Positions 11,473 to 21,015 of a DNA stretch of 43,850 nt are shown one piece after another; position 1 is the stretch's first letter, and every line of letters starts with the position of its first letter. This stretch comes from Burkholderiales bacterium (lineage in GTDB: Bacteria > Pseudomonadota > Gammaproteobacteria > Burkholderiales > JABEVD01). The notes beneath the pieces were generated by a model that saw nothing but the letters and a program-made list of their open reading frames with translations, did no database searches and was not told where the DNA came from. The position numbers were made by a program, and so were the translations under genes. The stretch lies in assembly GCA_013044025.1 (NCBI GenBank), contig JABEVD010000225.1, positions 1 through 43,850 on the forward strand. The letters run 5' to 3'.

Positions 11473-11750
11473 TACTCTGCTACCACGGGCTCTGCATTCA
11501 CTCTTTCGAGCGCATCCTGAAGGGTGTCCTCGCTCACTTCGTTGAGACAGATCGAAAGCATTTCCGCCGCCTCGTAAGCCTCGGGAGGCAGTTTCTCGGA
11601 ATCGAGATTGGCGACGAACACCGCAGCCGCTCCCGCCACCCTCAACAATTTGTTGCGCTCGCTCATGAGCATCTCCACTTCGGCGCGCAACATGGATATT
11701 TCCTGTTCATGCAGCACATGCATCACGGCTCCCTCCTTTTCCAATGCCAT
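11472..11750 (-). CDS. Hypothetical 92-aa protein with a coiled-coil-like N-terminus
   Basis: This ORF has sense-like codon usage. Its stop overlaps the AmpE-like start (TAATG). I recognise no family. Confidence 0.4.
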   Translation of the reverse strand: MALEKEGAVMHVLHEQEISMLRAEVEMLMSERNKLLRVAGAAAVFVANLDSEKLPPEAYEAAEMLSICLNEVSEDTLQDALERVNAEPVVAE

Positions 11751-11777
11751 TCTACCGCAAAATGCACTCCCCGCACT

Positions 11778-13946
11778 TCATTTTCCCGCAGCGGCGATCG
11801 CGGTCATGTTGACGATGCGCCGCACGGTGGCGGTGGGCGTGAGGATGTGGACGGATCCTGCCGCGCCGAGCAGGATGGGGCCCACGGTGATTCCCCCGCC
11901 CGACTCCATCTTGAGCAGATTGAAGGCGATGTTGGCCGCATCCAGGTTGGGCATGACGAGCAGATTGGCCTCTCCTTTCAGTCTGGTATCGCGCCTGCTC
12001 CTCTTCCTGATTTCCTCGGAAAGCGCAGCATCCGAATGCATCTCTCCCTCGATCTCGAGCCCGGAATCGGCCTCGCGAACGATTTCCAGCGCCTGCCTCA
12101 TTTTCCGCGCCGAAGGGGTGTCCGCGCTGCCGAAATTGGAATGGGAAAGCAGCGCGACCTTGGGCGTCATGCCGAAGCGCCTCACTTGTTCGGCTGCGAG
12201 CAGGGTCATTTCAGCGATTCGCTCCGCATCCGGATCCTGGTTCACGTAAGTGTCGCAGACGAAGAGATTCATGTCGGAGAGCATGAGCAGATTCATCGCA
12301 GCGAATCCCTTCACCCCCTCCCTCAACCCGATCCGCCTTTCGATGCGCCCAAGATGGGCTGCGTATTCCCCGCCCAGACCGCAAAGCATGGCGTCCACCT
12401 TCCCCGATGCAAGCAGGGAGGCTGCGAATTCAGTGGATTCGCCTTCCGGCTCGATCACTTCGAAATCCTTCCCTTCCGACACTTTCAGGCCCAGTTTGGC
12501 GATCTTCTTCAGGATGACCTCGCTCCTTCCGCAAAGCACCGGTTTCGCCAGATCCTCGTCGGCCAGGGTCTGCAGAGCCTGCAAAACCCGGTCGTCCTCG
12601 CCCTCGGCATAGGCGACCTTCCTTGCAGCCTGCTTCGCCGCAGCGAAAACCGGCTTCATGACGAAAGCGGTCTGGTAGACGAAGCGGGAAAGATTTTCCC
12701 GATAGGCTGCAAAATCGCGGATCGGGCGCTTGGCCACGCCGCTTTCCATCGCAGCTTTCGCGACTGCAGGAGCGATCCTCATGATGAGCCTCGGATCGAA
12801 CGGCTTCGGAATCAGGTATTCCGTCCCGAAAGTGAGTGCCTCCCCGCCATAGGCCTGCGCAGCCATTTCGGAAGGCTCCGCATGGGCAAGTTCGGCAATG
12901 GCATAGACCGCCGCCTTCTTCATTTCCTCGTTGATGGTGGTCGCCCCCACGTCGAGCGCCCCCCTGAAAATGAAGGGAAAACAGAGCGCATTGTTGACCT
13001 GGTTCGGATAATCGGATCGGCCGGTCGCGATCACGACATCCTGCCGCGCCTGTTTCGCAAACGCTGGATGGATTTCCGGTTCCGGATTGGCGAGCGCGAG
13101 AATGAGCGGATTTTCCGCCATTTCCTTCACCATTTCCGGTTTGAGCACGCCTCCTGCGGAAAGACCGAGGAAAACGTCCGCCCCGGAAATCACGTCGGAG
13201 AGCGTGCGCGCATCGGTTTTTCTCGCATAGCGCGCCTTGTTGGGGTCCATTTCCTCGACCCTCCCCTCGTACACCACGCCCTTGATGTCGGTGACGTAAA
13301 TGTTCTGCATCTCGACCCCCAGGCTCACCAGCATGTCGAGACAGGCGAGCGCGGCCGCCCCCGCGCCGGAAACCACCAGCTTCACTGCAGAAATTTCCTT
13401 GCCGACCACCTTGAGTCCGTTGAGGACGGCGGCGCCCACGATGATCGCGGTGCCGTGCTGGTCGTCGTGAAAAACCGGGATCTTCATGCGCTCCCTGAGT
13501 TTTTTCTCGATCTCGAAGCATTCCGGCGCCTTGATGTCCTCGAGATTGATCCCGCCGAAAGTCGGCTCCAGGCTCGCGATGATGTCTACCAGCCTGTCAG
13601 GATCGCGCTCGTCGATTTCCAGATCGAAAACGTCGATCCCGGCGAATTTCTTGAAAAGTACGCCCTTGCCTTCCATGACCGGCTTCGATGCGAGCGGACC
13701 GATCGCGCCAAGCCCGAGCACTGCCGTGCCGTTGGTGATCACCGCGACCAGGTTTCCTCTGGCCGTATAGCTCGATGCCGCTTCCGGCTCCTCTGCGATC
13801 GCCTCGCAAACCGCGGCCACTCCCGGGGTATAGGCGAGTCCGAGATCGCGCTGGTTGGTGAGTCCCTTGGAGGGGATGACCGAAATCTTGCCCGGCTGGG
13901 GAAGGCGGTGGTATTCGAGCGCATTCCTGCGCAACTGTTCGTCCAT
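11778..13946 (-). CDS. maeB: NADP-dependent malic enzyme (malic enzyme domain + PTA-like domain)
   Basis: [23 protein letters not shown]...TPGVA...[37 protein letters not shown]...[12 protein letters not shown], plus a C-terminal phosphotransacetylase-like domain ending [13 protein letters not shown]. Confidence 0.93.
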   Translation of the reverse strand: MDEQLRRNALEYHRLPQPGKISVIPSKGLTNQRDLGLAYTPGVAAVCEAIAEEPEAASSYTARGNLVAVITNGTAVLGLGAIGPLASKPVMEGKGVLFKKFAGIDVFDLEIDERDPDRLVDIIASLEPTFGGINLEDIKAPECFEIEKKLRERMKIPVFHDDQHGTAIIVGAAVLNGLKVVGKEISAVKLVVSGAGAAALACLDMLVSLGVEMQNIYVTDIKGVVYEGRVEEMDPNKARYARKTDARTLSDVISGADVFLGLSAGGVLKPEMVKEMAENPLILALANPEPEIHPAFAKQARQDVVIATGRSDYPNQVNNALCFPFIFRGALDVGATTINEEMKKAAVYAIAELAHAEPSEMAAQAYGGEALTFGTEYLIPKPFDPRLIMRIAPAVAKAAMESGVAKRPIRDFAAYRENLSRFVYQTAFVMKPVFAAAKQAARKVAYAEGEDDRVLQALQTLADEDLAKPVLCGRSEVILKKIAKLGLKVSEGKDFEVIEPEGESTEFAASLLASGKVDAMLCGLGGEYAAHLGRIERRIGLREGVKGFAAMNLLMLSDMNLFVCDTYVNQDPDAERIAEMTLLAAEQVRRFGMTPKVALLSHSNFGSADTPSARKMRQALEIVREADSGLEIEGEMHSDAALSEEIRKRSRRDTRLKGEANLLVMPNLDAANIAFNLLKMESGGGITVGPILLGAAGSVHILTPTATVRRIVNMTAIAAAGK

Positions 13947-13958
13947 GGATGCTCCGTT

Positions 13959-14825
13959 TCAGGAAATTTCGAAATGATTCTGATAGAAAAGAACCTGCAG
14001 GGCGAAGGAATCCCCCTGTTCCAGGTTCATGAATTCGACGCCGAAGCGATGCTTTTTGCCCTCCGCTTCGAAGACGCGGCGGATGACCGCCGGCGCAGTG
14101 ACATAGGCGGCAGAACCCTGTCCCGCCACCCTGAAATAGAGTACGAGCCGGGCATCGGCCTCGCCCAGATTCTCTTCGGAAGTGATCTGCGCTCCGGTGA
14201 AGCTGATGTCCTCGATGGTGCAGGAAAATTTCCGCCCCGGATTTTCCTCGCGCCAGACCGATCCGAGCACGTTCGATCGGGTCCTGACCGCCTTCCTGAC
14301 CTTCATTCCCCGCACCTCGATCGGGTAGGAAAGGTGCAGATAGGGATAGGGCATGTTGCAGACTCTCAACACGGTGGTGGAAAAGGCATAGGCATGCTTT
14401 CCGGCAAATCCCCTCAGCATCACCCCCTGGCCTGCACGCATCAGGATCACCTCTTCGTTGACCATGGGCGGCGTGACGAGCACGCTCCTTTTTTCAAGGA
14501 ATCCGATCAGCCTGACCCCGTAGCGCTGCTCCGTCTCGTCCGAGATCTGCATCTGCAACACGTCGCCCGGCTCGATCCCGATGGAGGTGAAACGGACGAT
14601 TTCCAGCTTGGAAGGATCATCCTTCTCTCCGAACCTGTCCGCAGCCGCCGTCTTTTTCCAGACCGGATTGCGGTACAGGCCGTTTTCCATCAGCAGGTCG
14701 AGCTGATGCTGCGACTCGACGACATGGCCGTAGGCGAGCAGCAGGTTTTTTTTCCTGTCGTATACAGGCCAGGGCAACGGCTTGCCGACCTCGATGTCGC
14801 CCTTTCTGATGGGAGTGAGTTCCAT
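13959..14825 (-). CDS. PilZ-domain c-di-GMP receptor, YcgR-like (flagellar brake type)
   Basis: A central YcgR-N-like beta domain is followed by a PilZ domain. The PilZ domain has an RxxxR motif (RKAVRTR) and a D/NxSxxG motif (EDISFTGA). Confidence 0.75.
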   Translation of the reverse strand: MELTPIRKGDIEVGKPLPWPVYDRKKNLLLAYGHVVESQHQLDLLMENGLYRNPVWKKTAAADRFGEKDDPSKLEIVRFTSIGIEPGDVLQMQISDETEQRYGVRLIGFLEKRSVLVTPPMVNEEVILMRAGQGVMLRGFAGKHAYAFSTTVLRVCNMPYPYLHLSYPIEVRGMKVRKAVRTRSNVLGSVWREENPGRKFSCTIEDISFTGAQITSEENLGEADARLVLYFRVAGQGSAAYVTAPAVIRRVFEAEGKKHRFGVEFMNLEQGDSFALQVLFYQNHFEIS

Positions 14826-14931
14826 GAAACTATTTTATCCGCTTCGTTCGCGATTGAGAAACCATTGTTATCACAAATTGTCCACGACAAAGCGGTTATA
14901 ATGAATCCCACGAAGCACGATTCCCGAACCC

Positions 14932-15267
14932 ATGAAGAATTTCGCACAGAACCTGAAGTCCCTCCCTTCCGTCGAAAACATCGACAGGATCGAGATCCAT
15001 GAAGAAGGAGAAGCCGTCGTTCGCATCGAAAACAGACCCGGACAGGCGGGTTCCCTCGCGGTCTATTGCCACCTTGCAAATACCTACGGATCGATCCATG
15101 CAGAAAGCGCGGAGCGCGGGCTCGAGCTCTACGCCGAACATGTCGCCGATGCGAGGGAAAACCCTGGAAAGCATCCCAACATCGACCGGCTGTTCCGGGT
15201 CATCGCAGAAAGACTCGACCTTGCCGCGTGCATCGTGCAAACTCAACCGAAAGGGAACCCCGGATGA
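14932..15267 (+). CDS. Small conserved hypothetical protein upstream of dut (possibly DUF2322-type)
   Basis: 111 aa. Its stop overlaps the dut start (ATGA). The family assignment is a weak recollection. Confidence 0.45.
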   Translation: MKNFAQNLKSLPSVENIDRIEIHEEGEAVVRIENRPGQAGSLAVYCHLANTYGSIHAESAERGLELYAEHVADARENPGKHPNIDRLFRVIAERLDLAACIVQTQPKGNPG

Positions 15268-15713
15268 AACCGATAGACATCAAGATCCTGGATGCGCGCC
15301 TGCGCGCCAATCCCCCCTCCTATGCCACGGATGGAGCGGCCGGACTCGACCTGCGCGCCTGCATCGAGCACGACCTCACGATCCATCCGGGGGAAGCCGA
15401 CCTCATCCCCACCGGAATCGCGATCCATCTTTCCGACCCCGGCTACGCCGCGATGATCCTGCCGAGATCCGGGCTCGGCCACAAGCACGGCATCGTGCTC
15501 GGCAACCTGGTCGGCCTGATCGACTCCGATTACCAGGGACAGATTTTCGTCTCCTGCTGGAACAGGAGCCAGAAATCCTTCACGCTGAGCCCGCTGGAGC
15601 GCATCGCCCAGCTCGTCATCGTTCCCGTGATCCAGGCGAAATTCAACATCGTCGAGGAATTCGAGAAAAGCGAGCGGGGCGAAAACGGTTTCGGCAGCAC
15701 AGGCAAGCATTGA
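15264..15713 (+). CDS. dut: dUTP diphosphatase
   Basis: 149 aa, [13 protein letters not shown]...[13 protein letters not shown]...[26 protein letters not shown]...[11 protein letters not shown]. Confidence 0.95.
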   Translation: MKPIDIKILDARLRANPPSYATDGAAGLDLRACIEHDLTIHPGEADLIPTGIAIHLSDPGYAAMILPRSGLGHKHGIVLGNLVGLIDSDYQGQIFVSCWNRSQKSFTLSPLERIAQLVIVPVIQAKFNIVEEFEKSERGENGFGSTGKH

Positions 15714-16237
15714 TGAATTATTGCAGCCAGTGCGGTTCACGGGTCGAATGGAGGATTCCGCAGGGAGACACTCTTCCCCGCCACGTCTGCCCTTCCTGCG
15801 GGACCATCCATTACCAGAATCCCAAGATCGTGGTGGGATGCATCCCGGAGTTCGAAGGACGCGTGCTGCTCTGTCGCAGGGGGATCGAACCGGGATACGG
15901 GAAATGGACGCTTCCTGCCGGGTTCATGGAAAATTCCGAATCCGCGGACGCAGGAGCCGCCCGCGAGACCCTGGAGGAAGCGCTTGCCAGGGTGGAAGTC
16001 GGGCCGCTTTACGCCTTCTACAACCTCCCTTCCCTGAGCCAGGTCTACCTCCTTTTCCGGGGAAGACTCGTCGAGGAGCGCTACGGGGCCGGGGACGAAA
16101 CATTGGAAGCCGCACTTTTTGCAGAAAAAGAGATTCCATGGGATGAAATCGCTTTCACCGTCGTCAGGGAAACCCTGATGCATTATTTCGAGGAGCAAAG
16201 GAGCGGGGCCTTCCGCTTCCATTTCGCCACCATCTAG
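15713..16237 (+). CDS. NUDIX hydrolase with N-terminal zinc ribbon
   Basis: CSQCGS...CPSCG zinc ribbon and a Nudix box GKWTLPAGFMENSESADAGAARETLEEA. Its ATG overlaps the dut stop (TGATG). Confidence 0.85.
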   Translation: MNYCSQCGSRVEWRIPQGDTLPRHVCPSCGTIHYQNPKIVVGCIPEFEGRVLLCRRGIEPGYGKWTLPAGFMENSESADAGAARETLEEALARVEVGPLYAFYNLPSLSQVYLLFRGRLVEERYGAGDETLEAALFAEKEIPWDEIAFTVVRETLMHYFEEQRSGAFRFHFATI

Positions 16238-16312
16238 GGCTTTGCCATGCACATTCCCGGCACCTTCGTCGCAGCAGGATTCACTTACGTCATGATGGTC
16301 GCGGCCTAAAAA

Positions 16313-16630
16313 ATGCAGCACCGCCGGAAATTCCACATTCCCGTCATGGTTTCCGTTCTGCTCTTCGACCTTTCCCTGCCCTTTTACCTGTATTCGCACC
16401 GCCACTGGTGGCACCGTCTGATCGAGCAGCAGGAAATCTTTTCCTCCCTGGTCTGGATGCACGCGGGCATCCTGCTCATGATGTACGGCCTGTACGGCGC
16501 GCAGATCTACACTGCGCTGAAAATCTCGAAGGGGGATGCTGAGGCGCGCGCAGCGCACCGCGCCCAGGGAAAAGTGATGCTGATCCTGAGGCTTTTTGTC
16601 ATCCTCACCGGGATGCTGCTGGCGTCCTGA
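16313..16630 (+). CDS. Small integral membrane protein (3 predicted TM segments), unknown family
   Basis: 105 aa with hydrophobic segments. It is preceded in frame by a 20-codon hydrophobic ORF (16247-16306) and a TAA (see findings). Confidence 0.45.
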   Translation: MQHRRKFHIPVMVSVLLFDLSLPFYLYSHRHWWHRLIEQQEIFSSLVWMHAGILLMMYGLYGAQIYTALKISKGDAEARAAHRAQGKVMLILRLFVILTGMLLAS

Positions 16631-16706
16631 ACAGGGAAAAAATTCCGACCCAAACACCCGCCTTTTGTGCGACAATCCGCACCTGTGCAGGTAGAAGGAT
16701 CCCACC

Positions 16707-18956
16707 ATGAAATTCCGCTTTCCCATCATCATCATCGACGAAGATTTCCGCTCGGAGAATACCAGCGGACTCGGCATCCGCGCGCTCGTGAAGGCCATCG
16801 AGGAGGAGGGCATGGAAGTGCTCGGCGTGACGAGCTATGGGGATCTCACCTCTTTCGCCCAGCAGCAGAGTCGCGCATCCGCCTTCATCCTTTCGATCGA
16901 CGACGAGGAATTCGGCGGCGGATCCCCGGAGGAAATCGAAAGCGCGCTCTCCCAGCTTCGCGCCTTCGTCGGCAAGATCCGGGTACGGAACGAGGACATC
17001 CCGATCTTTCTGTACGGAGAAACCCGCACTTCCCGCCATATTCCGAACGACGTGCTGAAGGAGCTGCACGGCTTCATCCACATGTTCGAGGACACTCCGG
17101 AATTCGTGGCGAGAAACATCATCCGCGAAGCGAAGCATTATCTCGATTCGCTCGCTCCGCCCTTTTTCAGGGCGCTCGTGCATTACGCCAACGACGGCTC
17201 CTATTCCTGGCACTGCCCCGGGCATTCCGGCGGGGTGGCCTTCCTGAAAAGCCCGGTCGGGCAGATGTTCCACCAGTTCTTCGGCGAGAACATGCTGCGC
17301 GCGGACGTATGCAATGCGGTCGAGGAACTCGGCCAGTTGCTCGACCATACCGGTCCGGTGGCGGATTCGGAAAGGAATGCCGCGAGGATCTTCAATGCGG
17401 ATCATCTCTTTTTCGTCACCAACGGCACTTCGACCTCGAACAAGATGGTCTGGCACGCGACCGTCGCCCCGGGGGACATCGTGGTGGTCGACCGCAACTG
17501 CCACAAATCGATCCTGCATTCGATCATCATGACCGGCGCGATTCCGGTTTTCCTGATGCCGACCCGCAACCATTACGGCATCATCGGCCCGATTCCGCTC
17601 GATGAACTCAAGCCGGAGACCATCCGCAGGAAGATCGAGGCCAATCCTTTCGCCAAGAACGTGAAGTCCAAGCCGCGCATCCTCACCATCACCCAGAGCA
17701 CTTACGATGGCGTGGTCTACAACGTCGAGATGATCAAGGAAGTGCTGGGCGACAGCATCGACACGCTGCATTTCGACGAGGCCTGGCTGCCGCATGCGAC
17801 CTTCCACGATTTCTATCGCAACATGCACGCCATCGGACGGGAGCGGCCGCGCTCGCGCGACACCATGGTGATTTCCACCCAGTCGACGCACAAGCTGCTC
17901 GCCGGCCTCAGCCAGGCGTCCCAGATCCTGGTCCAGGAACCCCAGACAGCGAAATTCGACCGTCACCGCTTCAACGAGGCTTACCTGATGCATACCTCGA
18001 CCAGCCCGCAATATGCGATCATCGCCTCCTGCGACATCGCTGCCGCGATGATGGACGCGCCGGGCGGCACCGCCCTCGTCGAGGAATCGATCCTGGAAGC
18101 GCTGGATTTCCGGCGCGCGATGCGCAAGGTAGACGACGAATACGGCGACTCCTGGTGGTTCAAGGTCTGGGGCCCGGACGATTTGTCCGAGGAAGGGATC
18201 GGCACGCGCGAGGACTGGATGCTGGAAGCATCGGATCGCTGGCACGGCTTCGGCAGGCTGGCCACGGGCTTCAACATGCTCGACCCGCTCAAGGCGACCA
18301 TCATCACCCCGGGACTGGACGTGGACGGAGACTTCGCCGACACCGGCATTCCGGCCTCCATCGTCACCAAGTATCTCGCCGAACACGGCGTCATCGTGGA
18401 AAAGACCGGCCTCTATTCCTTCTTCGTGATGTTCACCATCGGCATCACCAAGGGAAGATGGAACACGCTGGTGACCGCATTGCAGCAGTTCAAGGACGAT
18501 TACGACCGGAACAAGCCGCTCTGGCGCGTCCTTCCGGAATTCGCCTGCAAGCACCCGATCTACGAGAAGATCGGGCTCAGGGATCTTTGCGACCAGATCC
18601 ACGGCGTATACAAGGCCAACGACATCGCAAGGCTCACCACCGAGATGTATCTCTCGGACATGGTTCCCGCGATGAAACCGGCCGACGCCTATGCCAGAAT
18701 GGCGCATCGTGAGATCGAGCGGGTGGGCATCGACGATCTGGAAGGCAGGATCACCAGCATCCTGCTCACCCCCTACCCGCCCGGAATTCCGCTCCTGATC
18801 CCGGGGGAGCGTTTCAACCGGACCATCGTGCAATACCTGCGCTTCGCCCGCGAATTCAACCGCAAGTTCCCCGGATTCGAGACCGACATCCACGGCCTCG
18901 TCGAGGAAGAAATCGACGGAGAAATCCACTACTTCGTCGATTGCGTGAGAACCTGA
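16707..18956 (+). CDS. Orn/Lys/Arg decarboxylase (large, wing-domain fold-I PLP type)
   Basis: 749 aa. It has a response-regulator-like wing domain (FPIIIIDEDF) and PLP-region motifs (HCPGHSGG, FVTNGTSTSNK, TQSTHKLLAG). Substrate specificity cannot be assigned from sequence alone. Confidence 0.88.
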   Translation: MKFRFPIIIIDEDFRSENTSGLGIRALVKAIEEEGMEVLGVTSYGDLTSFAQQQSRASAFILSIDDEEFGGGSPEEIESALSQLRAFVGKIRVRNEDIPIFLYGETRTSRHIPNDVLKELHGFIHMFEDTPEFVARNIIREAKHYLDSLAPPFFRALVHYANDGSYSWHCPGHSGGVAFLKSPVGQMFHQFFGENMLRADVCNAVEELGQLLDHTGPVADSERNAARIFNADHLFFVTNGTSTSNKMVWHATVAPGDIVVVDRNCHKSILHSIIMTGAIPVFLMPTRNHYGIIGPIPLDELKPETIRRKIEANPFAKNVKSKPRILTITQSTYDGVVYNVEMIKEVLGDSIDTLHFDEAWLPHATFHDFYRNMHAIGRERPRSRDTMVISTQSTHKLLAGLSQASQILVQEPQTAKFDRHRFNEAYLMHTSTSPQYAIIASCDIAAAMMDAPGGTALVEESILEALDFRRAMRKVDDEYGDSWWFKVWGPDDLSEEGIGTREDWMLEASDRWHGFGRLATGFNMLDPLKATIITPGLDVDGDFADTGIPASIVTKYLAEHGVIVEKTGLYSFFVMFTIGITKGRWNTLVTALQQFKDDYDRNKPLWRVLPEFACKHPIYEKIGLRDLCDQIHGVYKANDIARLTTEMYLSDMVPAMKPADAYARMAHREIERVGIDDLEGRITSILLTPYPPGIPLLIPGERFNRTIVQYLRFAREFNRKFPGFETDIHGLVEEEIDGEIHYFVDCVRT

Positions 18957-18974
18957 CCCTCCCCCTCCCGAACC

Positions 18975-19028
18975 ATCCGTATCTTTTGCGTAACCGGGCG
19001 TTACCGATTGATACGGATTTCCATATTT
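18975..19028 (+). terminator. Candidate rho-independent terminator after the decarboxylase gene
   Basis: ATCCGTATC (18975-18983) pairs with GATACGGAT (19010-19018). An inner GTAAC/GTTAC stem lies between them. A T-rich tail TTTCCATATTT follows. Confidence 0.5.
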
Positions 19029-19039
19029 ACAATTCATCC

Positions 19040-19068
19040 TTGACAGATTTTGTTTATGCCAGCATTAT
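19040..19068 (+). promoter_or_regulatory. Candidate marR/efflux operon promoter (TTGACA-17 nt-CATTAT)
   Basis: A perfect -35 TTGACA (19040-19045), an exact 17-nt spacer, and a -10 CATTAT (19063-19068). The marR ATG (19075) lies 7 nt after the -10, implying a leaderless or near-leaderless transcript. Confidence 0.4.
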
Positions 19069-19074
19069 TCATAT

Positions 19075-19548
19075 ATGAACAAAATCATCCCCAATCTCGG
19101 CAGCGAAAGGCCGACCGACAGACTCGTCCATCTCCTGGTCGGCACTGCGCACGGCCTTGAAAAGCGCTACGAGGAAGCGCTCGCGCCGGTCGGACTCACC
19201 GGACCGAAATTCGGCGCGCTCTCCAAGCTCGTCCAGGCCGGCTCCTCGCTGAGCCTGGGGGAGCTCGCGGAGCGCCTCACCTGCGTCCGCTCCAACATCA
19301 CCCAACTGGTGGACAGGCTGGAAGCCGACGGCCTGGTGGAAAGGAGCGAGGATCCTGCGGACCGGAGGACCGTTCGCGCGGGCATCACGGAACTCGGTCT
19401 GGAGAAGCAGATTGCGGGCGCAAAAATGATTGCAAACCTTCTCGAAGAGGTCGCATCTTCGCTCAAGGGGTTGGATCTGGATGCATTCGAGCGCGTGCTG
19501 AACGCACTCGGCGCGTTCAACGTTCTGGCATGTTACAAGGATGCATAA
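19075..19548 (+). CDS. MarR family transcriptional regulator
   Basis: 157 aa winged-helix protein: LTGPKFGALSKLVQAGSSLSLGELAERLTCVRSNITQLVDRLEADGLVERSEDPADRR. Confidence 0.85.
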   Translation: MNKIIPNLGSERPTDRLVHLLVGTAHGLEKRYEEALAPVGLTGPKFGALSKLVQAGSSLSLGELAERLTCVRSNITQLVDRLEADGLVERSEDPADRRTVRAGITELGLEKQIAGAKMIANLLEEVASSLKGLDLDAFERVLNALGAFNVLACYKDA

Positions 19549-21015
19549 ATGAGTTTCCAGCCGAATCGTTCCGTCCTGTTCCTTGCCATGCTGCTCGCGG
19601 GCTGCGCGGTGGGGCCCGACTTCAAGCGCCCTCCCGCTCCGGGAGACCAGCGTTACACTGAAAAGGAAATGCCGAAGAAAACGGCTGCTGCGGAAGGACT
19701 GGCCCAGCATTTCTCTGCGGAACAAAAAATCCCCGGACAATGGTGGACCCTGTTCCGCTCCAAAAAACTCGACGAACTGGTGAAGGCGTCCATTGCCGGA
19801 AGCCCTTCCATCGATGCCGCAAAAGCGACGCTGAAACAGGCTCAGGAGACCCTCGCATCCGATCTCGGATTCGAACTTCCCCAGGCAGACCTCGCCCTCG
19901 GTGCGCAGCGCCAGAGATTCTCCCCCGCCGCTTTCGGAGGGACCGCCCCGCCCACCGTGTTCAGCCTGTACAATGCTTCGGTCAAGGTTTCCTATGGCAT
20001 CGACCTCTTCGGCGGATTGCGCAGGACCATCGAAGCGCAGGGCGCGCAGGTCGATTACCAGAGATATCAGTTGAAGGGCGCCTATCTCGCCCTGACTGCG
20101 AACGTGGTGACCGCAGCGGTTGCGGAAGCCTCGCTCAGGGAACAGATCCGCGCAACCCGGGAAATCATTTCCGCCACGGAACACCAGCTAGCAATCGTGG
20201 AGCGCCAGTATGCGCTCGGGGCGATTCCGAAATCCCAGCTTCTGTTGCAGAAGAGCCAGCTCGCGCAGGCAAGAGCCTCCCTGCCGCCGCTCGAGCAGAG
20301 CCTGGCGAAGGTTCGCCACCAGCTTGCCGTGTATGTGGGAAAAACCCCGGGCAAGGCGAACCTCCCCGAGATTACCCTGGAAGACCTGCATCTTCCGCAA
20401 AAACTGCCGCTGTCGATCCCTTCGAAACTGGTGAGGCAGCGCCCGGACATCCTGGCTGCGGAAGCGCTGCTGCATTCCGCGAGCGCGCAGGTCGGCGTGG
20501 CGACCGCCAACCTCTATCCGCAAATCACGCTTTCCGCGAATGTCGGAACGGAGTCGATCTCATCCTCCTCCCTTTTCACCAACAATACCGACATCTGGAG
20601 CCTCGCCAGCGGCATCACCCAGCCGATTTTCCATGCCGGATCGCTGAAGGCGCAGAAGCGCGCCGCAGTGGCAGCCTATGACCAGGCTTTCGCTCAATAC
20701 AAAACCACCGTGCTGCAGTCGTTCCAGAACGTCGCCGACACCCTGAACGCGCTAGATTCGGACGCAAGAACCCTCGCCGCGAAAAGCGAAGCGGAAGCCA
20801 GTTCGAAGGAAGCGATGGACCTCGCGGAGAAGCAGTTCAGGCTCGGCGCGGCAAGCTACCTCACCCTGCTCGCCGCCCGCAACCAGTACCAGCAGGACAG
20901 AATTTCGGCGATCGCGGCGCGCGCCGCGCGGTATTCCGACTCGGCTGCGCTGTTGCAGGCGCTCGGTGGCGGATGGTGGAATCAACCCAATAACGGAGAA
21001 GTATCCGATGACTAA
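19549..21015 (+). CDS. Efflux outer-membrane lipoprotein, NodT family
   Basis: Lipobox LLAGC, then GPDFKRP, and a typical OMF repeat architecture ending LLQALGGGW. Confidence 0.88.
   Translation: MSFQPNRSVLFLAMLLAGCAVGPDFKRPPAPGDQRYTEKEMPKKTAAAEGLAQHFSAEQKIPGQWWTLFRSKKLDELVKASIAGSPSIDAAKATLKQAQETLASDLGFELPQADLALGAQRQRFSPAAFGGTAPPTVFSLYNASVKVSYGIDLFGGLRRTIEAQGAQVDYQRYQLKGAYLALTANVVTAAVAEASLREQIRATREIISATEHQLAIVERQYALGAIPKSQLLLQKSQLAQARASLPPLEQSLAKVRHQLAVYVGKTPGKANLPEITLEDLHLPQKLPLSIPSKLVRQRPDILAAEALLHSASAQVGVATANLYPQITLSANVGTESISSSSLFTNNTDIWSLASGITQPIFHAGSLKAQKRAAVAAYDQAFAQYKTTVLQSFQNVADTLNALDSDARTLAAKSEAEASSKEAMDLAEKQFRLGAASYLTLLAARNQYQQDRISAIAARAARYSDSAALLQALGGGWWNQPNNGEVSDD

Noticed and set aside
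11778-13946. MaeB is 722 aa, about 35 aa shorter than the E. coli enzyme as I remember it. The difference apparently lies in the linker and start of the PTA-like domain (around ...[17 protein letters not shown]...).
   Set aside because: The reading frame is intact and both domains are present. Length variation in this linker is plausible for the lineage, and I cannot align from memory with enough confidence to call a deletion.
11445-15002. 1185-aa plus-strand ORF spanning four minus-strand genes.
   Set aside because: It lies antisense, codon for codon, to maeB, the PilZ gene and the small ORF, all of which have strong family signatures. Its product is R/H/G/D/P-rich and low complexity, with no motifs. 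When TTA, CTA and TCA codons are rare in the sense genes, the mirror frame stays open. This is a shadow ORF.
14999-16237. 412-aa plus-strand ORF, and 15066..15713 (215 aa).
   Set aside because: These are over-extended. The real genes start at internal ATGs (NUDIX at 15713, dut at 15264) that overlap the upstream stop codons. The extensions are Arg/Pro-rich out-of-frame reads.
16605-19037. 810-aa minus-strand ORF.
   Set aside because: It is antisense to the clearly recognisable Orn/Lys/Arg decarboxylase. It shows the same shadow-ORF composition (G/R/D/H/V-rich) and no motifs.
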